Positions 9,045-19,001 of a DNA stretch of 26,207 nucleotides are shown one piece after another. Numbering within the stretch: position 1 is the stretch's first letter; each line of letters opens with the position of its first letter. The notes under the pieces are model-generated. The model saw only the letters and a program-made list of their open reading frames with translations, had not been told where the DNA came from and made no database searches. The position numbers were made by a program, and so were the translations under genes. The stretch is from the IMG/VR virus record IMGVR_UViG_3300042934_000338, positions 1 through 26,207 of that record, one strand, 5' to 3'. The stretch is from a virus (lineage: Duplodnaviria; Caudoviricetes).

Positions 9045-9443
9045 ATGGCATTAGCTGCAACAGGCACCAAATTAGGTTATAAAGCCACTGAAGGAGCAAG
9101 TACTTTCACCGATATAGACGAATTGTTGGAAGTACCAGAGTTTGGAGGAACCCCTGAAAAGATAGACGTCACTACGCTAAAGGATACTGTTAAAAAATCA
9201 GTACCCGGTGTGATTGATTATGGAGATTTAGCATTTAGATTTATTTATGACAAAGCTGTATATCAGGCGATTAGTACTCTAACCGGTCCTATACCTTGGC
9301 AACTCACCTTACCTGACGGTGTAAAGTTTGATTTTACAGCAATCCCTTCAGCGCGTATGGCAGGCGTCGCAGTGAATGGAGCACTTACTTTCGCTATTAG
9401 TATGGACATGCAAAGCGAAATTGTTCCAACGTTCCCCACTTGA
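9045..9443 (+). CDS. Major tail (tube) protein
   Basis: GTKLGYK, VPEFGGTPEKIDVTTL.D, PGVIDYGDLAF, LPDGVKFDF. Confidence 0.9.
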   Translation: MALAATGTKLGYKATEGASTFTDIDELLEVPEFGGTPEKIDVTTLKDTVKKSVPGVIDYGDLAFRFIYDKAVYQAISTLTGPIPWQLTLPDGVKFDFTAIPSARMAGVAVNGALTFAISMDMQSEIVPTFPT

Positions 9444-9473
9444 GACTAGGTTAATTCCTAGTCTTTTTATTTT
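9443..9473 (+). terminator. Intrinsic terminator after the major tail gene
   Basis: AGACTAGG-ttaatt-CCTAGTCT then T-rich tract. Confidence 0.75.
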
Positions 9474-9492
9474 ATAGAAAAGAGGTATTTAT

Positions 9493-9846
9493 ATGAATTA
9501 CGTGAAGTTTGAAGTTGGTGATAAATCACTAAGACTTAGAATGGACACTAAAAACACGGTGAACCTTGAAAGATTAATTGGCACTAGTCCAGTTAACGAA
9601 TTAATGAAATGTGCTGGTGGTTATCTACCCACTATGGATTTCGTATCATCTACACTGCACGCAAGTTTACAGACATTAGAGCATGGTTACACGCTTGATA
9701 AAGTCTACAAGCTTATAGATGAATACGTAAAGGATGATAAGAGCCTTGTGGATATAATCCCAACACTCATGGAAGTCTTTCAATTAGCAGGACTCATACC
9801 AAAGGCAAAAGAGGAAGATGTTGAGGATGAAACCGACCCAAAGTAG
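9493..9846 (+). CDS. Tail assembly chaperone (gpG analogue)
   Basis: 117 aa between tail tube and tape measure genes; ends at slippery heptamer C CCA AAG just before TAG. Confidence 0.88.
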   Translation: MNYVKFEVGDKSLRLRMDTKNTVNLERLIGTSPVNELMKCAGGYLPTMDFVSSTLHASLQTLEHGYTLDKVYKLIDEYVKDDKSLVDIIPTLMEVFQLAGLIPKAKEEDVEDETDPK

Positions 9847-10226
9847 ATGAGGAATCGGTCGGATATAAAAACTGGACAGAAGCTATTAATGATATTTATA
9901 AACCAGCCCTCAGAAACGGTATAAAATCCACCGAGTTTTGGGATATGACATATCAAGAAATACTTGACCAAATAGAAGCTTATCAAGCAAATAAATTAGA
10001 TGATATGCGGTTTGATGCTATCGTGTCATATCAAATAGGCAAGATGGTTGTTAATGGTATAGAAAGAGTTTTTGGAAGTAGCGAACCACCTAAACAAATT
10101 CATGAATTATACCCTACCCTATTTAGGGCGCCTGAGTTAAAACAAGAGAATTCAGAAAGCATAAAAGCTAAAATGATGGAGTATGCTCAGCACTGGAACG
10201 CTAAATTTAAAAAGAAAGGAGAGTGA
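9837..10226 (+). CDS. Tail assembly chaperone frameshift extension (gpT analogue), -1 frame
   Basis: Frame is open from CCCAAAG (9837) through ORF 9945..10226 and includes GIKSTEFWDMT upstream of that ORF's ATG, which lacks a good RBS. Confidence 0.85.
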   Translation, partial: PKVDEESVGYKNWTEAINDIYKPALRNGIKSTEFWDMTYQEILDQIEAYQANKLDDMRFDAIVSYQIGKMVVNGIERVFGSSEPPKQIHELYPTLFRAPELKQENSESIKAKMMEYAQHWNAKFKKKGE

Positions 10227-10230
10227 AAGC

Positions 10231-12897
10231 ATGACATTAGAAGAGTTGCAAGTAATAATCACAGCTAGAACCGCTCCTTTACAAACACAACTTGCCGGAG
10301 TTAGTAGGCAGCTTCAAGGGCTACAAGCGAATACATCAAGGTCTATGTCTGGCGTGCAAAATAGCGTAAATAGAGCTACGGCTGGAGTAAGAAGTGCGGC
10401 AAGCAAGCTTAAAACAGCTCTTATTGCTTTAGGCATAGGCAAAGTGCTTAAAGACAGCTTTGACATAACTAGAATGTATGAAGCTAACGTACAGCAAATT
10501 AATAGGCTGTTTGGATCCTACGCTAGTGCTATGGATAGCTGGATTAAGAAAAATGCAACAATGTTCGGTATGGCCCGTGCTGACGCCATGAAATACGCGT
10601 CCGTATATGGCAACCTATTAAGTGGATTTTTAGGGAGCCAATCGGAAATGTCAACAAAAACGCAAGAGCTCTTAAAAGCTACAACTATAGTAGCATCCAG
10701 CACAGGCAGAAGTGTTGCCGATGTATCTGAACGAATTAGATCAGGTCTATTAGGAAATACAGAGTCGATTGAGGACTTGGGAATCAATGTCAATGTGGCT
10801 TTACTTGAAACGACAGAGGCATTTAAACAGCTTGCTAACGGCAAGTCATGGGAAAAACTTAGTTTCCAAACACAACAACAGATCAGATTAATGGCTATCT
10901 TAGAACAGGCAAGCACTAAGTTTGGTGATAGTATTCAACAGAATACAAACTTTCAGCTTATGCAGCTCACTGCTAATTTGAAAAACGTAGCTCTTAATAT
11001 AGGTCAAGCTTTTATGCCTATTGTGAGCGTTGTACTTCCAGTACTTAACTCCATGTCTCTCGCATTAAGCAATACCACTGCAAGACTAGCGGAATTTATG
11101 AATGTTTTATTTGGTACTAACTTTACAGCTGGTGCCGGAGAAGTAGCACAAGTGGGTGTTGGGTTTGATGGTGCTGGTGATAGTGCAAAAGCAGCTGGGG
11201 AAGAAGCTGAGAAAGCAGGTAAGGCTGCTAAGAACGCTCTTGCTTCATTCGATGAAGTGAATACTCTATCTAAAAATGCAGGCGGTGGAAGTGAAACAGG
11301 TGCAACCCCTACTACTGCTGTGCCAGCTGGTATTAGTCAATTAGAGACAGCTGCGAGTGGTCTGGCAGATAGAGTTAAGGCCGAACTTGATAAACTCAAG
11401 GCACTATTTAAAGATGGGTTTGAAATAGGCTTTAAGAGCGCTAATTTAGATAAACTAAAAAGTGAGCTTGATAAACTTAAAATTAATCTTGAAAATTTAT
11501 TCAATGATTCAGATATAGCCGAAGCGGCAAGAGAATTTATAAATAAATTAGCAAAAGCTCTAGGCCAAACGTTAGGTGCATTTTCAAGTATAGGTGTTAC
11601 TATAGCCACCAACTTGATAGGCGGCCTAAACAACTATTTAGAAGATAATGCTGATTTTATAAAAGAAAAGATCATTTCAATATTTGATATATACGGTGAT
11701 GTTTATGAGAAGATAGCTCAATTAAGTACAATCTTTGCTGATATTTTCAGTATGTTCGCTGATGAAAATGGTCAGCAGGTCACGGGTAATATTATAGGAA
11801 TATTTGCTAATGCGGCACTCAACATGGCTGAACTTGGTGGTAAAGTAGCGCGTGATTTTTTAGGCTCCATAGTTAAAGTTCTAGGTGATAACAAGGAATA
11901 TATCAAACAAGCTTTAGATAATACACTAGGAAATTTAGCATCCATAACCGACACTCTTGAAAAAGCGGTTACCGACACAGGTATAGCGATAAATAATGCA
12001 TACGATACTTATATTAAACCGGCTTATGATAATATGGCTAGTGGATGGAGTAATGTTGTAAGCTCATTTTTAGAGGTTTATAATGGACAATTATCTCCGG
12101 TCATCGATGAATTATGTGAAAGTATAGCTGCAACTTACGAAGAATACTTGAAGCCAGCTATAGAACAAACCCTCACAGCATTAGGTCAAGTTGTAGAGAA
12201 TTTTAGTATCATGTGGAATGAGCATTTGGCTCCTTTTATAGGTTGGTTGGTGGAAACTTTTGGGCCAGTTGTAAGCCGAATATTTGACGGTATGGCATCA
12301 AGTGCTTTAGAAAACATTAATGAGATACTCGCTGTGATAAATGGGTTTTTAGAAGCTCTAAACGGGGTATTGAAATTTATGAATGGTGTGTTTACCCAAG
12401 ATTGGCGAAAAGCTTGGGAAGGTGCTAGAGAAATATTTAGAGGTGTGTTTAATAGTCTGGTAGGTATCGTTAAAGATCCATTAAATCAGATCATAGACAT
12501 GGTTAACCAAATGATAAATGGTTTAAATCGTATATCTATAAACATACCTAATATACCGGGCATACCGGGAGCGGGTACATCTTTCGGTATGAGTATACCT
12601 AATATTCCAAGGTTAGCCCGTGGTGGTATCATAGATAGCCCTACAATCGCAATGATTGGAGAAGCTGGCAAAGAAGCCGTAGTGCCGTTAGAAAATACAG
12701 CATTTGCTGATAAGTTTGCAACTGCTGTAGGAAATGCAGTATTAACAGCTATGCAATTTATGAATACTGGAGCAAGTAATAACAGTAATGAAACTCCTGC
12801 TGTATTTGAAATAGATGGTAATGAGTTTGCACGTTTTATAATCCCGCATATCGGAAGCTATATTAGAAGAACAGGGGTGAGGTTGGAAGATGCTTAG
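10231..12897 (+). CDS. Tape measure protein, about 888 aa
   Basis: MTLEELQVII start after AAGGAG; long helical Ala/Gly-rich protein; LASFDEVNTL, W/F periodic region, IPRLARGGII..PT.AMIGEAGKEAVVPL. Confidence 0.95.
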   Translation: MTLEELQVIITARTAPLQTQLAGVSRQLQGLQANTSRSMSGVQNSVNRATAGVRSAASKLKTALIALGIGKVLKDSFDITRMYEANVQQINRLFGSYASAMDSWIKKNATMFGMARADAMKYASVYGNLLSGFLGSQSEMSTKTQELLKATTIVASSTGRSVADVSERIRSGLLGNTESIEDLGINVNVALLETTEAFKQLANGKSWEKLSFQTQQQIRLMAILEQASTKFGDSIQQNTNFQLMQLTANLKNVALNIGQAFMPIVSVVLPVLNSMSLALSNTTARLAEFMNVLFGTNFTAGAGEVAQVGVGFDGAGDSAKAAGEEAEKAGKAAKNALASFDEVNTLSKNAGGGSETGATPTTAVPAGISQLETAASGLADRVKAELDKLKALFKDGFEIGFKSANLDKLKSELDKLKINLENLFNDSDIAEAAREFINKLAKALGQTLGAFSSIGVTIATNLIGGLNNYLEDNADFIKEKIISIFDIYGDVYEKIAQLSTIFADIFSMFADENGQQVTGNIIGIFANAALNMAELGGKVARDFLGSIVKVLGDNKEYIKQALDNTLGNLASITDTLEKAVTDTGIAINNAYDTYIKPAYDNMASGWSNVVSSFLEVYNGQLSPVIDELCESIAATYEEYLKPAIEQTLTALGQVVENFSIMWNEHLAPFIGWLVETFGPVVSRIFDGMASSALENINEILAVINGFLEALNGVLKFMNGVFTQDWRKAWEGAREIFRGVFNSLVGIVKDPLNQIIDMVNQMINGLNRISINIPNIPGIPGAGTSFGMSIPNIPRLARGGIIDSPTIAMIGEAGKEAVVPLENTAFADKFATAVGNAVLTAMQFMNTGASNNSNETPAVFEIDGNEFARFIIPHIGSYIRRTGVRLEDA

Positions 12898-13237
12898 TAT
12901 AAACAATGTGGAAATGCCTACCCCTAGCGGATACTCAGCTAATATTATGGATATAGTGGACGCAGAAAGGGACTCAAAGGCAACAATGCATATAGACTTT
13001 ATAGCCAAGAAGTGGAAGCTAGAAGTAACGTGGAGCGTACTAAAACAGGCCGATATGACTAAAGTATTAAACGCTTTAGAAAATAATACGACGTTTAATG
13101 TATCATTTATAAACCCAAACACTGGAAGCCCAACCACGGCAATATTTTATAAAGGTGATAGAAGTGTAACAATGCTTAGCTTTATAAATGGTGTTGCTAT
13201 ATGGAAAGACTTTAAGATTAATTTGATAGAGGTGTAA
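12890..13237 (+). CDS. Small tail-tip protein, probable distal tail (Dit-like)
   Basis: 115 aa overlapping the TMP stop; MPTPSGY, KWKLEVTW, FYKGDRS, INLIE pattern. Confidence 0.7.
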   Translation: MLSINNVEMPTPSGYSANIMDIVDAERDSKATMHIDFIAKKWKLEVTWSVLKQADMTKVLNALENNTTFNVSFINPNTGSPTTAIFYKGDRSVTMLSFINGVAIWKDFKINLIEV

Positions 13238-13238
13238 T

Positions 13239-14450
13239 ATGAAAACAGCAAGTTTACAATTTAAAAATGCCATTAAAAATAATATGAGGGAGATAGATAC
13301 TCGCATTATTTTTTATAACGGCAATGATAAATATGTAATAAGAGGTAACGATGTACAGTCAAACAAATATAACACCTCAGTAGAAAAAGAGTTAGGAGGT
13401 ATCGAAAAAAAGATACTAAATCTAACTCTTATTAAAAATACAATCAGCGATAAGATAATAAAAGGTACGGTGTTATATAGGGAAACATGGGTTAAATATA
13501 ACGATAATTGGTATAGTGACTTTCAAGAGAAGTTTATTGTTGTTTCAAGAAAAGGTATAGATAGCAAAAATGTTATAAAAATAGAGGCAGTGGATGAGCT
13601 TACGATTATACGCAGTACGCCACTGCCTTATTTGGCTCAAACTATGAACATAGACCTTATAAGCTATTTCAATACTTTGTTATCTATAATGACAAATGAG
13701 CATGTACTTGATGCAAATCTAGCTAATCCTATGTTATCTTTAGCTTTTCCAAAAAGCACGAACACTCATGAAACATTGTTAGAAATGTGCGTGGCGTCAC
13801 AAGGAATCTTAAAATCAGATTTTACAGTTAAAAAATTTGTAGCTGCCGACCCTGTAGATAGGCTTAACTATGGTCAAGGGTTACTTAAATATGAATTTGT
13901 AGACAGTGACCTAAACACCTATAAAGATGTTATTATTAGTCTGTTTTCGCCCACAAAAAAGACTTTCAAGAGTCTTGGTAGCATCATGACTACAATCCCA
14001 CCGTCAGCTGTAGACTATAAGCTTGGAAATATAGAATTTGATAAGCTGTATATACCTCAATTAATTACTTTCAACCAAGAAGTCGAAATTGCTAATTATA
14101 CAATAGGTTCTAAGACTTGCTCTCTTACTATTACAAGTAGACTGAATGAGCTGATGGAGCTTGAAACGGAGTTCTTGGGATTAGATGTGAATAGCGTAAG
14201 TGCTATGAGTGAGAACACAGAGAACAAGACTAAATTTGTAAATAATATATACATTCAGAGTCCTACGGTTTATGACACTTTTATATACACAGCAAAAGGT
14301 ATCAATATCAAATACACAGGCAATACGCTGTATGAAGTGGGAGACACAATACTGGTTGACGATAAGTACAAAGTGTTTATAGTAGATCACAACTTGGATT
14401 ACAGTGGAGGACTTAAAGGTACTATTAAGGGGGTGTTGATTGATGGCTAA
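13239..14450 (+). CDS. Probable baseplate hub / Tal-like tail-tip protein
   Basis: 403 aa after the Dit-like gene; C-terminal YTGNTLYEVGDTI...LDYSGGLKG is typical of hub proteins. Confidence 0.65.
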   Translation: MKTASLQFKNAIKNNMREIDTRIIFYNGNDKYVIRGNDVQSNKYNTSVEKELGGIEKKILNLTLIKNTISDKIIKGTVLYRETWVKYNDNWYSDFQEKFIVVSRKGIDSKNVIKIEAVDELTIIRSTPLPYLAQTMNIDLISYFNTLLSIMTNEHVLDANLANPMLSLAFPKSTNTHETLLEMCVASQGILKSDFTVKKFVAADPVDRLNYGQGLLKYEFVDSDLNTYKDVIISLFSPTKKTFKSLGSIMTTIPPSAVDYKLGNIEFDKLYIPQLITFNQEVEIANYTIGSKTCSLTITSRLNELMELETEFLGLDVNSVSAMSENTENKTKFVNNIYIQSPTVYDTFIYTAKGINIKYTGNTLYEVGDTILVDDKYKVFIVDHNLDYSGGLKGTIKGVLIDG

Positions 14451-15987
14451 TACAACTTTAGGGGCTAACATATTAAACGGCCTAGATGGCACCATAACAG
14501 TCAACGGTAGCATAAATCAAATAGTTACAGTGTACGGTGATAACAAACAAGATCAATACACTTTGAGTTATGAAGCCATAACTCTTAACAATGCTAAAAA
14601 TTATATATTAGCTTATTTACATTTAGATGATGGTACAGTTAACACTTTCTTTTTCCCTGTACAATTTTTGGGTGAACAATCAATAACATTTAATATACCG
14701 TTTAAGATGTCTAGCTTACAGTTTTATATATACGGTAACTTGCAGATTAAAGATACTAAACTGCAGGCGGTTATCCTAGAAGCACTCACAGAAGAACAAA
14801 AGCTGCTGCTTGATAAAGTGTCCAGTAACGGAGAGTATTGGGATAGGATACTTGCTATTACAAACGCTTTGGGGAATGTAATAACCTCTAAGCTTGAAGG
14901 TAGTATTAATACAGCCTTAAATGCTATAACCAACAGTGACGGTAAGATGTACTGGCAAGATGGGAATTTTATTGTTAGGAACGGATCTACGGACGCTACA
15001 AGTACGCAGGCTATGAGATTTTCTCCGGCAGGATTTATGATTGCTAATGGTAAGAAACCTGACGGCAGCTGGGATTGGCGAACTTTTGGAACTGGGGCAG
15101 GCTTTACGGCTGATTATATTATAGCTGGGACTCTAATAGGCGTAGCAATACAAGGCGTAACGATAACTGGTAGTATCATCACAGGTGGCACAATCAATGG
15201 TGTTACAATCAATGGAGCTACTATATACGTAGGTGACAAAGATGCAGGGAACTATATTGAAATATCCCCTAACAATCCTATAAAAGTATGGAGAAATGAT
15301 GTTGTAGTATCAAGCTTAGGCTATTCAGCTGTTGGTGGGGGAAATTTAAATATTTATGATGTCGGTGGCAATGTAGCATTTAAAATCGAGTGCTTAAGCG
15401 ATGGGAGATTGAGGCTGTATTGTAACAATTCTACAGGTGTTATACCTGACCCAGCTCATCCGGGGTTTTATTTACCTAACCCTAACCCAGATACTGTATA
15501 TTTTGATGCTGGTAGAGTAATATTCCCGTCAAGTTCAGCTGGTATAATGGGATATAACGGGACAACTTTTTGGCCATTCATCACTGATAGTGAAGCGGAC
15601 GCTAAATATGCGACAGACTTTGATTTATCGCTAACGATGCAACAACACATATCATGGTATCACAGCGGTATATCTGACAGAAGACTAAAAGAAAATATTA
15701 AATATGTAGATCCTGCAGATATGGTTAATTTAGCTAACCATGTTAAAATCGCAACCTTTAATATCATAGAAGATGAAAGTAAAAAAGAAAGATTAGGTGT
15801 AATAGCACAAGACTTATTAGAACATTCTCTGGGAAAATATTTTGTGCAACCTATACCGGGGCGAGAAGATGAAATGATGATGGTAGATTATGAATCTCTT
15901 GCGACTACAGCGTTAGGTGCAGTTAAACATCTATCCGAAAAAATAGAAACATTAGAAGAGAAAATAAATAGCATAGAAAGGAGCTGA
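14443..15987 (+). CDS. Tail spike/fibre with C-terminal intramolecular chaperone (peptidase S74-like)
   Basis: GFTADYIIAGTL, G-x4 repeats (GTLIGVAIQGVTITGSIITGGTINGVTINGATI), then SDRRLKENI...GVIAQD...VDYESL and a terminal coiled coil. Confidence 0.88.
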   Translation: MANTTLGANILNGLDGTITVNGSINQIVTVYGDNKQDQYTLSYEAITLNNAKNYILAYLHLDDGTVNTFFFPVQFLGEQSITFNIPFKMSSLQFYIYGNLQIKDTKLQAVILEALTEEQKLLLDKVSSNGEYWDRILAITNALGNVITSKLEGSINTALNAITNSDGKMYWQDGNFIVRNGSTDATSTQAMRFSPAGFMIANGKKPDGSWDWRTFGTGAGFTADYIIAGTLIGVAIQGVTITGSIITGGTINGVTINGATIYVGDKDAGNYIEISPNNPIKVWRNDVVVSSLGYSAVGGGNLNIYDVGGNVAFKIECLSDGRLRLYCNNSTGVIPDPAHPGFYLPNPNPDTVYFDAGRVIFPSSSAGIMGYNGTTFWPFITDSEADAKYATDFDLSLTMQQHISWYHSGISDRRLKENIKYVDPADMVNLANHVKIATFNIIEDESKKERLGVIAQDLLEHSLGKYFVQPIPGREDEMMMVDYESLATTALGAVKHLSEKIETLEEKINSIERS

Positions 15988-15991
15988 AAAA

Positions 15992-18403
15992 GTGGTTAAC
16001 TATAATATAGACGTATACTTAAAGCATACCGAAATGGAAGCTATGTATGTTAGAGAAATGATAGACTTGGTTACGAACGACCATAATGGTAATACTTTCA
16101 ACTTCACGATACACGAAGGAGAAAGTATTTTTGATTTAACTGGAAAAACCGTTAAGCTGCTTGTAAAGAGTCAAAACGGTACAACTATTATGGATGATTG
16201 TACTTTATCAACACCTTATACGGCAGGCAAAGCTTATATTGTATTACCGTCAGATATGTTTCAAGAAGGAGGCGCGTATGTAGCAGAGGTGCAAATATAC
16301 CAAGGTGTTAACCGTATAACAACGCTACCATTCGACTATACGGTTAGACTTAGCCTTGAAACAGATGAATCGGTTTTAGCTGATAATCGATATAGCTTAT
16401 TGCAACAGGCTTTAATAGACGTTGAGGATGCGCAAACACAAGCTGCAGCAGCAGCAAGTACTGCAAGTACAGCATTGACTCAAGCTAACAGCGCAGTAAC
16501 CACAATAAATAATCAGATAGCAAATGTTAATAATACCGCAACAACCGTGAACACTCTCAAAACTACGGTGGAAAGTATGATAGCTAACATGGACAGGGTG
16601 GTCGAAGAGGAATTGCCTCCTGTAAGCTCACGAATAGCAGGAGTATTTTACTGGAAGTATTATGTGATCGATGGCGTTAGGAAAGTTGCTTGGATTGAGG
16701 ATCATCTTGGCAACAAATATGACATACACGATTATCCTACGAAATTACTAAGTATGAATCCAGACGGTACATTCCCAGCTACACCATGTGCACATCATTT
16801 CATTAGGGGCTTGACGGTTAAGGGTCAGACGGCGAGGAATTTATGTGAGTTTAACAATAATATTGACATGCAATCATTAGTACAAATAAACGCTGTTAGC
16901 GGAAAGTATACCAAAACTGCATCTAATACAAAGTATGTAGCAATTTTTAAGGTGTTAAGTTTTTCAGGAACACCAAGTTTATATTTCAGAGCCGAACAAG
17001 GTCTTGTGGGGATAGGCGTGATATCATCAACAGGTTTGAAAAAAGTAGAGTTTACCACGGGGTCAACGGTTAATAGCTCAATTCCTTATATAAGATTAGA
17101 TTCTGGCGGAGAAGCCATTACAGGCAATAGTGCTGTGTTAGAGTTTTTCAATGTAGTAGAATTTAATCAAGAATCATATGTGAACACAAGATTGCCCTAC
17201 GGCCTATCATCAGTAGGCGACTATGACATCACAGACAATCCGCTACGCATACTGCCAAATCTTGTGCAGGACACGATTGATAATGTTGCTACTGGAGCGG
17301 TTACTAGAAGGACCGCTAAAATGGTTTTAAATGGTAGCGAGGCATGGGCGTACAACCTTTACCAATCAACAACCGACTTAAGTATTGTTCGTTTTGCATT
17401 GACCAAAACGGATGCGCTTATCAGTTCCGATTTTGGCAATTCTATTTGGTCTGATAGATTTAAGAATCGTCAAGTTACTGGCACAATAGTTGGAGAAGGT
17501 ATATCTTTAAATTCATCTACAGCAGGTATACACATCGCAATATTCAAATCAAGATTGTCGGGATATTCAGAGTCATTAACCGACATACAAAAGGCTAATC
17601 TATTTAAAACTTGGCTTACCTCTAACAACACGAATATTGAATACCAACTTGCTACACAAACCACCGAAACAGTAGACACCGCAAAAATCAAACCCTTCTT
17701 ATGGTTAATGGTGAACGGAAGAAGGCAGAGGGTTCAGATAACTGATAATTTGCGTAAAATTGGAACGGTAGCAGACGAATTGGGAGTTAGAAGAATAAGT
17801 GGCTGGGTTAATCTCTCAACCTTACCTTGGACACAGACGGCTGCGGTTTTTACTGATTTTAAACAAGCAAATGCAACTTTAACGGGGCACTTAGCTAACT
17901 CGCTACAACTAACCGTTATCAAATATGATGGGAAAATGCTAAATCCCAACTTCGCACAAAGTGCCGACAATTGTGCATTAGGTGGTTCATCAGTTAATAT
18001 TTATGTTCCAAACTCTGATAGTGGGTTTAGTAATGCGTCCAATATAGTAACTATAAACGAATGGAAAGCATATTTCTACGGTTGGAAAATGTGTAATCCA
18101 GATGGGAGCGCATGGGATGGAGTGTCAACAAAACATTGGAAAAAAATTACGGATGGAACAGGGTTGACAAACGTTTTACCCACTGCATCTTACACAGGGT
18201 TTACGCCGTATAAGATGATTTATCAACTTGCTACGCCAACCTACGAAACAGTAGATATTACAACGCTTCAAACAATCCAAGGCGACAATGTAATCAAAAA
18301 CTTAAACTCAGTAATACCAGACAGCATGACAGCTACAGTATGCCAAACCAACCAAAACCTGCAAGACCAAATCACAGCACTACAAAATTTAGCATTATTA
18401 TGA
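15992..18403 (+). CDS. BppU-N-terminal-domain baseplate / receptor-binding protein
   Basis: N-terminal NDHNGNTFNFTI...FDLTGKTV...GAYVAEVQIY, Ala/Thr coiled-coil stalk, then duplicated beta-rich modules ending YQLAT. Confidence 0.8.
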   Translation: MVNYNIDVYLKHTEMEAMYVREMIDLVTNDHNGNTFNFTIHEGESIFDLTGKTVKLLVKSQNGTTIMDDCTLSTPYTAGKAYIVLPSDMFQEGGAYVAEVQIYQGVNRITTLPFDYTVRLSLETDESVLADNRYSLLQQALIDVEDAQTQAAAAASTASTALTQANSAVTTINNQIANVNNTATTVNTLKTTVESMIANMDRVVEEELPPVSSRIAGVFYWKYYVIDGVRKVAWIEDHLGNKYDIHDYPTKLLSMNPDGTFPATPCAHHFIRGLTVKGQTARNLCEFNNNIDMQSLVQINAVSGKYTKTASNTKYVAIFKVLSFSGTPSLYFRAEQGLVGIGVISSTGLKKVEFTTGSTVNSSIPYIRLDSGGEAITGNSAVLEFFNVVEFNQESYVNTRLPYGLSSVGDYDITDNPLRILPNLVQDTIDNVATGAVTRRTAKMVLNGSEAWAYNLYQSTTDLSIVRFALTKTDALISSDFGNSIWSDRFKNRQVTGTIVGEGISLNSSTAGIHIAIFKSRLSGYSESLTDIQKANLFKTWLTSNNTNIEYQLATQTTETVDTAKIKPFLWLMVNGRRQRVQITDNLRKIGTVADELGVRRISGWVNLSTLPWTQTAAVFTDFKQANATLTGHLANSLQLTVIKYDGKMLNPNFAQSADNCALGGSSVNIYVPNSDSGFSNASNIVTINEWKAYFYGWKMCNPDGSAWDGVSTKHWKKITDGTGLTNVLPTASYTGFTPYKMIYQLATPTYETVDITTLQTIQGDNVIKNLNSVIPDSMTATVCQTNQNLQDQITALQNLALL

Positions 18404-18407
18404 GAGG

Positions 18408-18614
18408 ATGAAGAAAATGTTTGAAACTATGAAGATGTTTATTGAGGCAGGCTATTACAAAGACGAGGAGGTTGTTAAGACCAAGGCTAATACATTTTAC
18501 CTTGCAGACGTTCTAAAGGATGAGGAATATGCAAATATTTGTCTTGTTATTGATTCAAAGTTTCATCCACCAGTAGATTCGGTACAGGAAGAACCAGTTG
18601 AACCAGAAGAATAG
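18408..18614 (+). CDS. Small acidic protein, possible fibre chaperone (XkdX-like position)
   Basis: 68 aa directly after the RBP; VLKDEEYANI resembles the IT.EEY.EI motif. Confidence 0.55.
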   Translation: MKKMFETMKMFIEAGYYKDEEVVKTKANTFYLADVLKDEEYANICLVIDSKFHPPVDSVQEEPVEPEE

Positions 18615-18642
18615 AATTTCAGTTTTATAATGAAAAATAGTA

Positions 18643-18663
18643 GCGCCAGAGGGCGTATTTTTT
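18643..18663 (+). terminator. Short terminator-like hairpin before the lysis cassette
   Basis: GCGCC-agag-GGCGT then ATTTTTT. Confidence 0.45.
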
Positions 18664-18699
18664 ATGCCCTCTTTAACAAGAGAAAGGGGAAAAGGGCCA

Positions 18700-18990
18700 A
18701 TGAATGAAAGCCAGATCAAGGAGTTAACTGAAACTACAGCTAGAAGCAAAAGCAATACTCATCGTATAGATAAGTTGGAGGAACAACAAAACTTACTGCA
18801 TGAAATGAATAGCAATATTGCAGCAATAGCCGAACAGACAAAGTATACAAAAGAAGAGGTAAGCGGGCTAAAAAAAGACGTAGAAGAGATTAAGATGAAG
18901 CCTAGTAAATTGCTAGACGGAGTGAAAGAAAAGGCGCTAGGGGTTATTGTGGGTGCTTTAGTGGGTGCTGTTATAGCACTTGTATTGTAG
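18700..18990 (+). CDS. XhlA-like lysis membrane protein (coiled coil plus C-terminal TM)
   Basis: RSKSNTHRIDKLE coiled coil and terminal ALGVIVGALVGAVIALVL; ATG at 18700 follows a purine-rich RBS. Confidence 0.75.
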   Translation: MNESQIKELTETTARSKSNTHRIDKLEEQQNLLHEMNSNIAAIAEQTKYTKEEVSGLKKDVEEIKMKPSKLLDGVKEKALGVIVGALVGAVIALVL

Positions 18991-19001
18991 GAGGTGTTTA
19001 G

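Noticed and set aside
9433-9443. Possible SPP1-like +1 frameshift at the end of the tail tube gene (TTC CCC ACT TGA)
   Set aside because: CCC is not adjacent to the stop and no extension ORF follows; a terminator does.
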